Virus record (IMG/VR): IMGVR_UViG_3300037471_001079
Coordinates: 19,877-83,876 of that record
Reading direction: 5' to 3' (one strand)
DNA: 64,000 bases
Source of the DNA: a virus
Taxonomy: Duplodnaviria; Heunggongvirae; Uroviricota; Caudoviricetes
In this document: positions 25,457 to 35,765 of the stretch, one piece after another
Layout: each line of letters opens with the position of its first letter
How positions within the stretch are numbered: position 1 is the first letter of the stretch
Translations under genes and position numbers: made by a program
The notes under the pieces: model-generated
Database searches by the model: none
What the model saw: the letters and a program-made list of their open reading frames with translations, nothing else
What the model was told of the DNA's origin: nothing

Positions 25457-26181
25457 TACGCACCTGTGATGGCGTCGGTGCCGGTCGTCAGACTGACGAG
25501 CGCCGGGACAACCTCGTCGGTGTTGGAGATCGAGGCGAGCGCCAGGGTGATTAGCCCCTGGGCGGCCTGGGCCAGCTTGTCGTAGTCGGGCTTGACGCGG
25601 TCGAAGCGCTGGTTGGTAAGGGAGCCGTCGGTCTGCTTGGAGAGCGGCCGGAGCTCGAGCGAAGGGATCAGCCGGAGCGCGCAGGTCGCCACGATGGCGT
25701 CGTTGGCGCGGATGGTAGAGAGATTGCCGGCGGTCAGTGCCGTCTCCAGCTCGCCGGTGTTCAGCAACGAGTTGAATTCGTAGTAGGCCGCGGTCAGATC
25801 CACCTCGTCGTCACGCAGCTCGTCCTCGTCCATGCCGAGGAAGGCCCGGACGTCGTCCGGAGAGACGGTATGGTTGAGGAACGGAACCAGCCGGTAGATC
25901 TTCACCATCCGGTAGGTGTTACCGCCTTGGGTCCACACCACCTGCACCCAGCGCTTTTCGAAAAGCGCTGGGGCAGTGATAGCATTGTCGGACGCGGAGA
26001 CTAGGACGACAACGCTGGTCTGGGTGTCACTGGTGCTGATGGCCTGATCAGTGACGATCAAGTCACCTGAGTTGTTCCGAACGGAATAGGTGACGGAGTC
26101 GGCGTCCGGGATCGACGTCCCGAGCTTGGTTTCGAGATGAAACTGCAGAGAGACATCGGACCCGGCGATGAAGTCCATCAC
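25456..26181 (-). CDS. Hypothetical head-tail connector region protein (241 aa)
   Basis: gene order only; no motif recognised. Confidence 0.4.
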   Translation of the reverse strand: MMDFIAGSDVSLQFHLETKLGTSIPDADSVTYSVRNNSGDLIVTDQAISTSDTQTSVVVLVSASDNAITAPALFEKRWVQVVWTQGGNTYRMVKIYRLVPFLNHTVSPDDVRAFLGMDEDELRDDEVDLTAAYYEFNSLLNTGELETALTAGNLSTIRANDAIVATCALRLIPSLELRPLSKQTDGSLTNQRFDRVKPDYDKLAQAAQGLITLALASISNTDEVVPALVSLTTGTDAITGA

Positions 26182-26480
26182 TTACGGCCCTTGCGAGGAG
26201 CGGGGATGGGCAGCTGCGGCTCGGCGTCCTTGCCAAAGCTGGAGAGGAAGGAGGCTTTGGCGAGTTCGAGGTCGCCATCGGACTCGGTCACATAGTTGCG
26301 CCATTCGGCGTCCGTGGCCGTGTCCTTCAATTCTGCGATGACGGTAAGTCTGTCGCCGCGCATCGCATCGACGAAATTCGTGAAGGGCACCACCGTGTAG
26401 CCCTTCGAGCGGATCTCGACGAGGTTGTTGGGGTCGAGCAGCATGAACCGCCCGAGGGTCTCAACAAGAAGCATTTTCAT
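26178..26480 (-). CDS. Hypothetical head completion protein (~100 aa); start uncertain
   Basis: downstream of the capsid gene; start placed at MKMLLVETLG rather than the ORF's first Met, which would overlap the capsid gene stop. Confidence 0.35.
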   Translation of the reverse strand: MKMLLVETLGRFMLLDPNNLVEIRSKGYTVVPFTNFVDAMRGDRLTVIAELKDTATDAEWRNYVTESDGDLELAKASFLSSFGKDAEPQLPIPAPRKGRK

Positions 26481-26527
26481 GATTGTTTCCCGAGGAGTGG
26501 GAAGGGGGGCTCTCGCCCCCCTTCTCA

Positions 26528-27748
26528 TCAGTTGCCGAAATCGAAGATTTCGCGGGAGCTGGGGAAGATGATCCGGTAGCCGGTGTTCTCGGTCCGGACG
26601 TAGGTGATCGCCTGGTTCTTGATGGCCTTCTCGGACTCGGTGACGAGCGAGTTGGCCTCCTTGAGCTCTTCGATCGCCTCGGCCTTGGTGAGGCCGATCA
26701 GCTTGTTGGCCGGCGCTGTCGAGGACAGGGCGAAGTTCACCTTACCGCCGAGCAGAGGCACGCCGCCGAGGGAGAAGCCGGCGCTGGCGATCTGGTTGGC
26801 GTCCGTGGTGATGGCCGCGGTTGTCGGAACCGAGAAGAGGAACAGCCACTGGATGTAGGCATTCCAGTTGCCGACCACGGTGTCGACCGGGTAGCCGGCC
26901 TGAGCGCGGGCAACCAGCCAGGCGAGCAGATGCTTCCAGGACAGGGTGCCGTTGGTCGCCGTGCCGATCGGGCCGCCGTTGAAGGAGCTCTGGTCCACCT
27001 CGTTCGCAGCCGCAGCCACGCCGTCGCCGTTGATCAGGGTCGTGGTGGCGACACCGACCTTCGACATCTCCACCTCGCGCAGGGCGCGGGCGAGATACGG
27101 GGTGAGGAAGTCGAGCTTGGCCCGGCGGTTGAACTCGTACGACATCTCATAGCCGAAGCCATGCTTGTAGAACTTCACCGACTTCTCGGAGGCGGTGATG
27201 GTCTTGATGCGGACGCGGCCGAGCTCGGCGACCGGGGTCATGGACTGGTAGTCCGTGGCCTGGTCGTTGACCACCGTGGAGAGCAGCTCCGTGCCGTTGA
27301 TCGTGCGGGACTGCGACACGAACGCCGCGGTGTTCTCGTACTGGCTCTGGCGGTAGGACCACTGGAGCATGTCATCGACGACATACGGGAACAGGGCACG
27401 TACGCCGGGGAAGGTGGCGAAGGTGTCCGAAGCCAGCTCGATGAACTTGGCGCTCTCGACGTCGTCGCGCAGCGGCACTTCCAGGACCTGGAGGGCAGCG
27501 GCGTAGCCGTCGATGAAACCGTCGGAGTCGCGGTAAAGTGCCGGGTCTGCCGACATCTTCGGGTCGATGGCGATGGCGAGGAAGTCGTCGAGCGGCAGGC
27601 CGTATTCGGCGGCTTCCTGGACGAGAGCCGTGCCGGCTTCGCCCGAGGCCGTAGTGGACTTGTCGCGGAGCTTCAGCAGCTCCTCGGGAGCCCGGCGCCT
27701 GATCGCGTTGCGCGGAGCAAACTGGTTGATGGGAGCGACGAAAGACAT
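26528..27748 (-). CDS. Major capsid protein (406 aa)
   Basis: size; position downstream of portal/protease/decoration genes. Confidence 0.55.
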   Translation of the reverse strand: MSFVAPINQFAPRNAIRRRAPEELLKLRDKSTTASGEAGTALVQEAAEYGLPLDDFLAIAIDPKMSADPALYRDSDGFIDGYAAALQVLEVPLRDDVESAKFIELASDTFATFPGVRALFPYVVDDMLQWSYRQSQYENTAAFVSQSRTINGTELLSTVVNDQATDYQSMTPVAELGRVRIKTITASEKSVKFYKHGFGYEMSYEFNRRAKLDFLTPYLARALREVEMSKVGVATTTLINGDGVAAAANEVDQSSFNGGPIGTATNGTLSWKHLLAWLVARAQAGYPVDTVVGNWNAYIQWLFLFSVPTTAAITTDANQIASAGFSLGGVPLLGGKVNFALSSTAPANKLIGLTKAEAIEELKEANSLVTESEKAIKNQAITYVRTENTGYRIIFPSSREIFDFGN

Positions 27749-27778
27749 AATTGAAAATTACTCCGTGATGAAAATGAC

Positions 27779-28192
27779 TTAGAAGATGCCGCGGGCGACC
27801 GTGGCGATGCCACTGGCGACCTTGAGGACGATGTTGTCGTTCGGGGCAGCGGTGCCCTTCTTGACTTCGCCGGCATTGGTGCCGCCGACGGCCGTGTCGC
27901 CGACAGCCAGAGCGTCCGCAGCCGTGACCGGGAAGTTCATGATGAACTTGGTCTCGACGGTGACGAGCTTGGTGCCTTCGTTGATGCGGTCTTCGAAGGT
28001 GCGGGCGTAGCCGACGATGCGATCACCGTTGCCGGCAATCTTCACCGTATTCGCGGCCGTGGTGTCGAGCGCGAGAGGCTTGCCGACGACGCTGGCGTAG
28101 GTGAGACCCGAGCCAGAGATGTTCATCGTCAGATGAAAATCCGAAAAGTGCGTACCGGCCAGGTCGACAGTGGTGTGGAAAGGCGTAGACAT
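27779..28192 (-). CDS. Putative head decoration / capsid-associated protein (137 aa)
   Basis: small Gly/Ala/Thr-rich protein between the protease/scaffold and major capsid genes (the gpD position). Confidence 0.35.
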   Translation of the reverse strand: MSTPFHTTVDLAGTHFSDFHLTMNISGSGLTYASVVGKPLALDTTAANTVKIAGNGDRIVGYARTFEDRINEGTKLVTVETKFIMNFPVTAADALAVGDTAVGGTNAGEVKKGTAAPNDNIVLKVASGIATVARGIF

Positions 28193-28213
28193 GAATGAAA
28201 TACCTCGTGAAAA

Positions 28214-29299
28214 TTACTTGCTGCGCCGGAAGGCCGAACGCTTGGGGTAGGTGGATTGGTTCTTCTCGGCGTCGCTGATGGCGTCGCGAGACTTACCGGC
28301 CTCGGCGAGAGCTGCGACGAGGTCTTGGGCCTTCTGCGAGCAGAGGGCGATGATCTCGGCGGGAGCTTCCGGGAGCTTGGGGTCGAGGTCGCCGGCGGCC
28401 ACGAGGACCTTCTTGGCGACATCTTTCAGAGCATCGAGGACGGCGGCATGGTCTTCCGGCTTGATGGCATCAGCGTTCTGCGTCTGAGAGGCAGTCAGCT
28501 GTTCGTTAAGCTGGGCGACCTGGCCGGTCAGGTCCGAGATCTGCGCATCCTTGGCAGCGAGCTGAGCATCGAAGCCCATCTTGCTGGCCTTCAGATCCGT
28601 CAGCTCGGAGAGGAGGGCAGTCAAATCCATTTCAAAGTCCTTGGTGGGTGAAATGCTGGCGTTGAGGACCAAAAACGCGGGGTCCAATCCGCTTGCGGCG
28701 AGCCGATTGTCAGCGAACACGCCTTGCTCTCGTGGGACGATGCGGGCGTTCTGGGCGCCGCCCCGTCCCACGAGAGACATCTCGAACCAATTGGCGAGCC
28801 CCTTGACGATGCCGTGGGAGTTCTCGCCCAGCTGGTTGCCCTTCGGAGACCGGCCCGAATAAAAGGCGTCGGGCTGGCCCTTCTGGTTCATGTCGAAGTA
28901 GTCGAAGCCGTCGACCGAGTTGATGAGCTGCTTGCCGAGGATCGAGACCGACACCTGATCTACGGTGCCGCTATCGATCTTCTCCGCGATATCCGCGTGC
29001 TGCGGATCGACAGAAAAAAGGACGCGGAGCTCATCGCCGTGGAGCTCTCCGTGGAATACGCGTCCAACCGGCAGGGGGCCGGTGTTGTGGTTCAGCTGCA
29101 GCGGCAGCGATTCCTTGTTGACGGCGTCAGCCATCTCCTGGAGGAACGAAGCATCATGGACCGCGCCCTTGTAAAGCCAGTGGCTCTTGCGGATCGGCAG
29201 CGTATTCAGCGCGATGGCTTCGTACACGTTGACGTCCTCACTGATGCCACTGGCTTTCAGTTTGTCGAGAATGTCAGCGCTTTTGGTAACTTGCTTCAT
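28214..29299 (-). CDS. Putative prohead protease / scaffolding protein (C-terminal coiled coil)
   Basis: follows the portal gene; C-terminal 120 aa form a coiled coil (LTALLSELTDLKASKMGFDAQLAAKDAQISDLTGQVAQLNEQL) typical of scaffolds; N-terminal domain has no motif I recognise. Confidence 0.4.
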   Translation of the reverse strand: MKQVTKSADILDKLKASGISEDVNVYEAIALNTLPIRKSHWLYKGAVHDASFLQEMADAVNKESLPLQLNHNTGPLPVGRVFHGELHGDELRVLFSVDPQHADIAEKIDSGTVDQVSVSILGKQLINSVDGFDYFDMNQKGQPDAFYSGRSPKGNQLGENSHGIVKGLANWFEMSLVGRGGAQNARIVPREQGVFADNRLAASGLDPAFLVLNASISPTKDFEMDLTALLSELTDLKASKMGFDAQLAAKDAQISDLTGQVAQLNEQLTASQTQNADAIKPEDHAAVLDALKDVAKKVLVAAGDLDPKLPEAPAEIIALCSQKAQDLVAALAEAGKSRDAISDAEKNQSTYPKRSAFRRSK

Positions 29300-29313
29300 A
29301 GTGCCTGAGATGT

Positions 29314-30849
29314 TTATTGCTGTTCTAAAAGCAACTCTGTGAGAATTTCGGAGAAGTTTTGAGAATTTTTCTGCCCCTTCTTGGCAGACTTGGTCATCTT
29401 GCTGGCGGTCTTGGAACCTGTAGGGGCAAGAGACTTGCTGAGCGGGCCGCCATTTGTGGTCGAGACGTCAGCTGCGCCAGTGTCTCCGGCCGGAACCGGC
29501 GTCATGAACCCAGTGCCGGAGAGTGGTGGGGCGCCGTCGTTCGGCAGCCGGCCGTACATCTCCAGGGTGTACTCTTCGTCGGTGATGATGCCGTCGGAGA
29601 GGTCCTGACGCAGGCGCGCGGCCTTGAGGGTGAGCTGGGGCTCCAGTTCGGTTTCCGGCCGGAGCTCGGCCTTGCGGAAGCGGACCTCGGCGTAACCCTG
29701 GAAGCCGTTCTGGTTGAGGAGGAACGTAAGCACTCTTGCCAGGAGGTCCGACAATGGCTCATTGAGTTCGTCGGCGAACATGGCGGCAATGCGAGCCTCG
29801 ACCGAGCCGGTGTTGGCACCGTTCTCACCACGTCCAATGACGGTGCTCATGACCTTGAGCGCCGCCTGGTTCTGGGCGTTCAGGGTGTCGACGACGGCCG
29901 AGATGTCGATGGACGCACCAGGCTTCTTGTCGTTGAGCATGCCGAGCTCGACGGCGTCGGTATGCGTGACAGCCTGGTCGGCGCGGATGTTGGCGAAGGA
30001 GGCGGACAGCTCCCCCATTCGCGTATTGACCCAGGACTTGAGGGCGTTCTGGTCGGCCTTGACGTTGGCCGGCGCGTTCTTGATCAGCACCTCTTCCATG
30101 ATGGTGATTTCCATCCTGGGGTAGCCGGTGATCTGCATGATCCGGTAGAGGTCGTTGATGACCTGCTGGCGGGCGGCGATGGTGTTGATCGCGGCGACGA
30201 AGGCCGAGTTGGCGTAGATTGCGGTCGGATCGCGCCGGTAAAAGGCGACGAAGAAGGTCGGGAAGTCGAGCGAGACTTCGTCAGAGGAGCCCGGTACGAG
30301 CTGCACTGGCTTGTACTGGCCGGACTGCTTCTCGTACCACTTGATGGTGGCCATATCGACCTGGCGTAGCGAGTCCGGGGTGAGCTGCTTGTCGACGATG
30401 AGCTCGACGCCGATGGCGCCGCGGAGAAGCAGCATGTAGCGGTACTCGGCCAGTATTTGGCGCAGCGACTGCTTCAGTTGGAATTTGAGGGTGTAGTCGG
30501 TCTGAATCGCGAGCTTGACCAGGATCTGGTGCAGCTGCTTGGTCGCGTCAGGATCGATCTGTCCATCAATGGTGCGGGCGATGACGACCGGGTCGGTGTT
30601 CGACAGCGTCAGATAGGCATGGACCGCTGCGGAGATGTCGGGGTCGTGGACGAACAGGCTCTTGAGAAGATCTCGACTGTTGTCCGCCTGGCGGCTGGAG
30701 AAGATGTCGGTGAGATGGTCCTGGTAAGTAGGGACCGTCAGGACGTTTTCAGCTTGGCTCGGATTGAACGTTGCAGAACTAGTCGTGCCACCCTTCTTGG
30801 GATTGCCTTTCGGCAGCACGAACTGGAGCAGATTGTCTAGTACACCCAT
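29314..30849 (-). CDS. Portal protein (511 aa)
   Basis: size; immediately downstream of the large terminase in a lambda-type order. Confidence 0.6.
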   Translation of the reverse strand: MGVLDNLLQFVLPKGNPKKGGTTSSATFNPSQAENVLTVPTYQDHLTDIFSSRQADNSRDLLKSLFVHDPDISAAVHAYLTLSNTDPVVIARTIDGQIDPDATKQLHQILVKLAIQTDYTLKFQLKQSLRQILAEYRYMLLLRGAIGVELIVDKQLTPDSLRQVDMATIKWYEKQSGQYKPVQLVPGSSDEVSLDFPTFFVAFYRRDPTAIYANSAFVAAINTIAARQQVINDLYRIMQITGYPRMEITIMEEVLIKNAPANVKADQNALKSWVNTRMGELSASFANIRADQAVTHTDAVELGMLNDKKPGASIDISAVVDTLNAQNQAALKVMSTVIGRGENGANTGSVEARIAAMFADELNEPLSDLLARVLTFLLNQNGFQGYAEVRFRKAELRPETELEPQLTLKAARLRQDLSDGIITDEEYTLEMYGRLPNDGAPPLSGTGFMTPVPAGDTGAADVSTTNGGPLSKSLAPTGSKTASKMTKSAKKGQKNSQNFSEILTELLLEQQ

Positions 30850-30858
30850 GAACTATGT

Positions 30859-32709
30859 TTAGGCAACCATTCCGAGAGAAATATTGGCTTTCGCCCTTGA
30901 CTTGCTATTTAGTGCGCCACTCGGAGAGTTCAAGAGGTTCGTTCCAAACAGGAAAGCATTGAACCGGGCTTCACTGTTGTTGGCGAAGTCGATCACCTGT
31001 TTTGTCCGCATCGCCAGGAACAAATATCCTAGCGCGTGGAAGAAGTGGTCGTTTCCTGTGAGCTTCTGCCAACGAGCGTCTTCACCAGGGACCTCAATTC
31101 GAACCATGTCTTGTAGTTGTGCAACGATGATGTGTTCGAGCTGTCCGTATCCGACGAAAGAGACTGCTTGCTTCCGAACCATGCGGGCGACTGTGTCGAT
31201 CGCCATGGTTCGATTAGCGACAAGATGGCTAAAGACATCGAATTCATCCGTTTTGGTTGTGACTGCCTGGACAGAGTTGGTGGTGGAATAGTCGACCGGC
31301 AGGATGATATGGGCCGTGTCGTCCCGGATCTCCTCAGCCGTTGGGCGGTACGGCTCCAAGTCCATACAGCCACCGACGATGTTGTACTTGCTTCGCAAGG
31401 ACGAGATGGTCGATTTCAGCTCAGCCTGAGGTACCTGGCGCCACTCGAACACCACTCCAGGCTTGCCGACGACGACGTGGCAGATCAGGCCGACGTCGAT
31501 GCCGATGAAGCATTCGTCCACGGCCGAGGGCTCGACGGCTTGGGAGCCGTTCATGCAACCCCTGATCTGGGCCTCGTTCAGGCGGGCGTTGGAGTCGTTG
31601 AAGGCCTCACCCAAGACGGTATTGTGGAAGCCGCGGAGGTTGTTGGTCGCCTTGTACTGCCCGAGCTGCTTGAAGACGTAGGCGGGGTCGGCGATCAGGC
31701 GGACGCCGAAGGGACGGACTCGATAGCCCCGAGTTTTCCGAGCCGGGTGCTCGGCGATCCAGCTCCAGTTGGCGGGATCGTGGTTGATCCCTCGACGGCA
31801 ATGCTCACAACAGATGAAGGACGAATTGAAGTCAATTCGGCCAACTTGGTCTGCATCGAGGCTAGTAAGGTCCTCGACATCGGGTACTCCCGGAAGGCAG
31901 AGAAATCTGGGATGAAAGATGGGGATCTGGTAGCGGGTGCAGTGGGGGCAGCGATAGGTCCACTCATTCTTGTCTGAGGCCTCGTAGAAAGCGTCGATGC
32001 CGTAGCCGACGAAGGTTGGGGTGGAGAAGCGTTGGGTGATGCGATGCGTCGAGCCCTGCAGGCGCGACTGGAACAGGGAGATCATGGTCTGATCGGAGAG
32101 GTCGACCTCGTCGTTGAAGAGGTAGTCCGCGGCGATCGAGGTGGCGTCGTTCTCCTTCGCGCCGGTGAAGTAACAGAAGGAGTCGTCGATCTGGTAGAGG
32201 TCCTTGCGTCGAACCAGCTTCTCGACGCCCCCATCCATGTTGAAGACCTTCTCGGTGTCGAGCAGAGGCTTCACGCGCGTCATAGAGGTACGATCACGCA
32301 TCTGATCAGTCGGACTTGAGAAGATGCCGGTCGTGCCGGGGTTGCGCTTGGCGAAGCTCAAGAACTTACGGATCTGGATCTCGGTCAGGCCGATCTGGGA
32401 CGGCTTGATGACGGACAGGTCCTTATGCCAGTCGTCGATGATCTGACGCTGGAACTCATAGTTCTCGAACGAGAAGGCCTTCTTTTTCAGGTGGGTGTTG
32501 GTTGACACCCACAGCGACGTGGGCATATCCGCCCGGTCGGCGTCGAAACGGTCCTGCAGCTGGGAATAGAAGTCCGCCAGGTATTGGTTCATCCAAGGCG
32601 GATATAAGAAGAGCGCGCGGCAGGTACAAGTTATACTAACTCGTTGAGGAAACTCGAAACCTAGTACTTGCGATTTTCGAGACCTATATCCATCTCCGTT
32701 TGACACCAA
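30859..32709 (-). CDS. A: Terminase large subunit, GpA (lambda A) family
   Basis: Walker-A-like IKPSQIGLTE vs lambda VKSARVGYSK; Cys clusters TYRCPHCTRYQIPIF and SFICCEHCRRG vs lambda FHVACPHCGEEQYLKF and VFYLCEHNACV; 616 aa. Confidence 0.7.
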   Translation of the reverse strand: MVSNGDGYRSRKSQVLGFEFPQRVSITCTCRALFLYPPWMNQYLADFYSQLQDRFDADRADMPTSLWVSTNTHLKKKAFSFENYEFQRQIIDDWHKDLSVIKPSQIGLTEIQIRKFLSFAKRNPGTTGIFSSPTDQMRDRTSMTRVKPLLDTEKVFNMDGGVEKLVRRKDLYQIDDSFCYFTGAKENDATSIAADYLFNDEVDLSDQTMISLFQSRLQGSTHRITQRFSTPTFVGYGIDAFYEASDKNEWTYRCPHCTRYQIPIFHPRFLCLPGVPDVEDLTSLDADQVGRIDFNSSFICCEHCRRGINHDPANWSWIAEHPARKTRGYRVRPFGVRLIADPAYVFKQLGQYKATNNLRGFHNTVLGEAFNDSNARLNEAQIRGCMNGSQAVEPSAVDECFIGIDVGLICHVVVGKPGVVFEWRQVPQAELKSTISSLRSKYNIVGGCMDLEPYRPTAEEIRDDTAHIILPVDYSTTNSVQAVTTKTDEFDVFSHLVANRTMAIDTVARMVRKQAVSFVGYGQLEHIIVAQLQDMVRIEVPGEDARWQKLTGNDHFFHALGYLFLAMRTKQVIDFANNSEARFNAFLFGTNLLNSPSGALNSKSRAKANISLGMVA

Positions 32710-32721
32710 GCACGAGGTTTC

Positions 32722-33204
32722 ATGTCAATTCCTACTTACCCGACATTCCCGCCGAACGTGGGAATGTCACTGCAAGCTATTGCCTTCGCATTGGCGAAGG
32801 ACCCTGAATTTCTCGACCGACCAGAGTGTCCCTACCCAGCGCAGCTGAAAGAGTTCCTGGCCCGCCTGGTGGTGCCACCGCCGCCCGGTGGTGAGGGGGG
32901 GAATATGTTCGTCGGCGCCGACGGTGAGCGGGGCGACGACTACGAAATCCTGATCGACGAGATCGAGAAGTCGATCACCTCCATGCAGCAGCTGGAGCTG
33001 ACCATCAAGGACAGCAACGAGCGGCTGCAGATAGCGAAGGTAAAAGCTGCTCTTATCGACAAGTGGCTCAGCCAAAAAGAACGTCTTTTGAACTTGCGAT
33101 CATTGTCTCAGTTCCAGAAAATCGTGGTCGACACGATGGATGGTATTTTGAATAAAGACCAACGTACGGATTTTATGGAGAAAATTGTTGAATATCTTCG
33201 GTAA
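32722..33204 (+). CDS. Hypothetical protein (160 aa), first gene of the rightward operon
   Basis: ORF with a plausible start; C-terminal coiled coil; its stop overlaps the primase gene start by 20 nt. Confidence 0.45.
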   Translation: MSIPTYPTFPPNVGMSLQAIAFALAKDPEFLDRPECPYPAQLKEFLARLVVPPPPGGEGGNMFVGADGERGDDYEILIDEIEKSITSMQQLELTIKDSNERLQIAKVKAALIDKWLSQKERLLNLRSLSQFQKIVVDTMDGILNKDQRTDFMEKIVEYLR

Positions 33205-35650
33205 TAATTGCCAAAAGTACTGGGCGGCCGGGTTGCCGGTCATTCCGCTGATCAAGAACGACAAGCGCCCATTCCTCGGCGGCTGGCAGCGCATGGCCAC
33301 TCAGATGCCGACCGACGAAGAGAAGGCGCACTGGGCGGTCGAGCATGCCGACTGCAACATGGGCCTGGTGCTCGGACCGCAGTCCGGCCTGATCGCGCTC
33401 GACATCGACGTCGATGACCCGATCGTCATGAAGGTGCTCGATGCCGTCCTGCCCAAGAGCCCCTGGATCAGGAAGGGCGCCAAGGGTGAGGTGCGGATCT
33501 ATAAATTCACCGGCCAGGCCACGTTCAGGGTGCGAACGGAGGACGGTGGCACGATCTGCGAATTGCTTTCGCAAAGGACGCAGGTCGTGCTGCCGCCCTC
33601 GATCCACCCCAAGACCATGGCTCCATACACAGCCAACTGCGAGCTCCTGGACGTGATCGACCGGGTGCCGGTGCTGCCTCGCGACATCGAGGTCATCGTC
33701 AAGGCCGCCCTGGCGGCCGAGGGCATCGGCACCCAGACCGCCGGCAAGGTTGCCATTGCCTCCTGGGTGCCGGCTGGGGCTCGTGACAACGCCATGGTCG
33801 CCCACGCCGGCATCATGGCCAGGGGGGTGGTTCGTGGGGAGAGGTCCCTGCGCGAGGCCATGTCAGAGATGCACCACTGGGTCGACAGCTTCGTTGAGAA
33901 GGTGTTCGGCGACGAGCTCGACCCACAGAAGGGCATCCAGAAACTGATCGAGTTTCTGCGGAAAGACGTCTTGATCGCCAAGCGGCCCCTACCGTCCGGT
34001 TGGGACGATGGCCTCACCGACGAGGACAAGGAAAGGGTCGGCGTCGCTGACTTCGGCGCCGACAACATCAAGTATGGCTACACCAGGCTCTGGGATGACT
34101 TCCAGGCCGAGGTGTCAAAGGAAGGCATCCGGCCAGGCGACCAGGCCTGGCAACGGGCAGTCGAGACCACTCTCGACCGCATGGCTGCCAACAAGGACCT
34201 GACGGCGATCGAAGAGGATAGGCTCCTGGGTCTGATGGTCGACTCCTCGGCCCGCCAGATCACCAAGGGGGGTCTGCGTCGCGATCTGCGTCAGCGCCGG
34301 GTGCGGGATACGCTCGGCGATGATCATGCCTCGATTGCCTCGGCGGTGCTGGAGGATCTGTCCGCGGTTCATGGTCCGCTCCGGTTCACGTCCGGGGGTT
34401 GGGTCCACTGGCAGGGTGCCTGCTGGGAGCCGTTCGACGTCACCAGGATCAGGTCGCTCATCACCAGCAGCTATGGTGCGATCGAGGGGTCGAAGCGGTA
34501 TTCCGACTACTCCCAGGTCGAGAAGACCATGCAGATGCTGGAAGAGGCCCAGAAGCCGATCAAGGTGATCGACAAGAACGGCATCAACTTCGTGAATGGG
34601 GTTCTGACTGAAGATCTGGAGCTGATCCCGCACAACATGGACTACGGGATGACCTACTGCCTGCCGTTCCCGTACCTGCCCGACCAGGCCGGTAAGGTGT
34701 CGAAGTGGCTGGACATGCTCATCACCTATTGGGGTGACGACGAGGACTGCGCCGAGAAGATCGAGGCCTTGCGGGAAGCCATGGCTGCGACCCTGTTCGG
34801 CGTGGCTCCCAAGTACCAGCGCTCGTTCATCCTCTATGGGGTGGCCGGGTCGGGCAAGTCGCGCATCATCGAGATCATGGAGGGTCTGATGCCGAAGGGA
34901 TGCATCTCGCACGTCTCGCCCTTCGACTTCGACGACAAGTTCATCCCGGCGGCGATGGCCAACAAGCTGATGAATGTCGGCGGTGATCTGTCTGAGAAGC
35001 GGACGATCGGCGGCGAAATGTTCAAGAAGATCATCGGCGGCGAGACCATCACGGCCCAGCACAAGAACCAGCAGCCGTTCGAGTACAAGCCGATCTGCGC
35101 GCAGTGGTTCGGGTCCAATCATATGCCCAAGTCGACCGACTCGTCCGACGGCATGGGCAGGAGGTTCCTGTTCTTCAAGTTTTCCAAAGCGATCCCCGAC
35201 AAGGACAAGATCGAGGACTACCATCTGCAGGTCCTGCAGGAGGAACGGGAGGCGATTGCGGCCTGGGCCGTGGAGGGCTACCGAGCGCTGCGTGAGCGCA
35301 GGGGGTATACCCTTGCTGAGAGCCACAAGCGGTGTGTCGACGAGATGATGGAGCAGAACAATTCCGTCCGTTTTTTTATCTCGAGCCTCCTCGCTCAGGG
35401 GAGGCTACTGGTGGGAGAGCCAGCACACTACGGGAAGTCGCAAGATTCGACCACGAGCGAACCCCTGCACAGGGAATACTCCACTTTCTGCAGCTTGGTG
35501 GCAAATGTGCGGCATGTTTCATTGACGAAGTTTCAAGAAATGATGCAAGAATGCCAGGGGAAGTATGGCTTCTCGAAAATCATCGAGATGAAACCGAACG
35601 GGGCGCAGATAGTAAAGTGGAAGTACATCACACTTGTGGCCAAAAAATAG
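33185..35650 (+). CDS. DNA primase-helicase: N-terminal bifunctional primase/polymerase (PrimPol) domain plus D5/P4-alpha-type SF3 helicase
   Basis: PrimPol-like N-terminus (AAGLPVIPLIKNDKRPFLGGWQ, DIDVDD acidic cluster); Walker A GVAGSGKSRIIE in the C-terminal third; 821 aa. Confidence 0.75.
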   Translation: MLNIFGNNCQKYWAAGLPVIPLIKNDKRPFLGGWQRMATQMPTDEEKAHWAVEHADCNMGLVLGPQSGLIALDIDVDDPIVMKVLDAVLPKSPWIRKGAKGEVRIYKFTGQATFRVRTEDGGTICELLSQRTQVVLPPSIHPKTMAPYTANCELLDVIDRVPVLPRDIEVIVKAALAAEGIGTQTAGKVAIASWVPAGARDNAMVAHAGIMARGVVRGERSLREAMSEMHHWVDSFVEKVFGDELDPQKGIQKLIEFLRKDVLIAKRPLPSGWDDGLTDEDKERVGVADFGADNIKYGYTRLWDDFQAEVSKEGIRPGDQAWQRAVETTLDRMAANKDLTAIEEDRLLGLMVDSSARQITKGGLRRDLRQRRVRDTLGDDHASIASAVLEDLSAVHGPLRFTSGGWVHWQGACWEPFDVTRIRSLITSSYGAIEGSKRYSDYSQVEKTMQMLEEAQKPIKVIDKNGINFVNGVLTEDLELIPHNMDYGMTYCLPFPYLPDQAGKVSKWLDMLITYWGDDEDCAEKIEALREAMAATLFGVAPKYQRSFILYGVAGSGKSRIIEIMEGLMPKGCISHVSPFDFDDKFIPAAMANKLMNVGGDLSEKRTIGGEMFKKIIGGETITAQHKNQQPFEYKPICAQWFGSNHMPKSTDSSDGMGRRFLFFKFSKAIPDKDKIEDYHLQVLQEEREAIAAWAVEGYRALRERRGYTLAESHKRCVDEMMEQNNSVRFFISSLLAQGRLLVGEPAHYGKSQDSTTSEPLHREYSTFCSLVANVRHVSLTKFQEMMQECQGKYGFSKIIEMKPNGAQIVKWKYITLVAKK

Positions 35651-35735
35651 GCCCGGAAATGGTCTCAAAACCGTGGTTTGACTGGCAAAATCGCTATATT
35701 CGCACCAGAAATGAGCGATTTTGGTCTGATTAACT

Positions 35736-35765
35736 AAAAAAAGGCGCCGAAAGGCGCCTTTTTTA
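35736..35765. terminator. Rho-independent terminator after the primase-helicase gene
   Basis: AAAAAAA-GGCGCC-GAAA-GGCGCC-TTTTTT hairpin. Confidence 0.75.

Noticed and set aside
32617-32641. cos site in the terL-upstream intergenic region
   Set aside because: No recognisable cosN-like symmetric nick region or R-site repeats were seen. It cannot be assigned from sequence alone.
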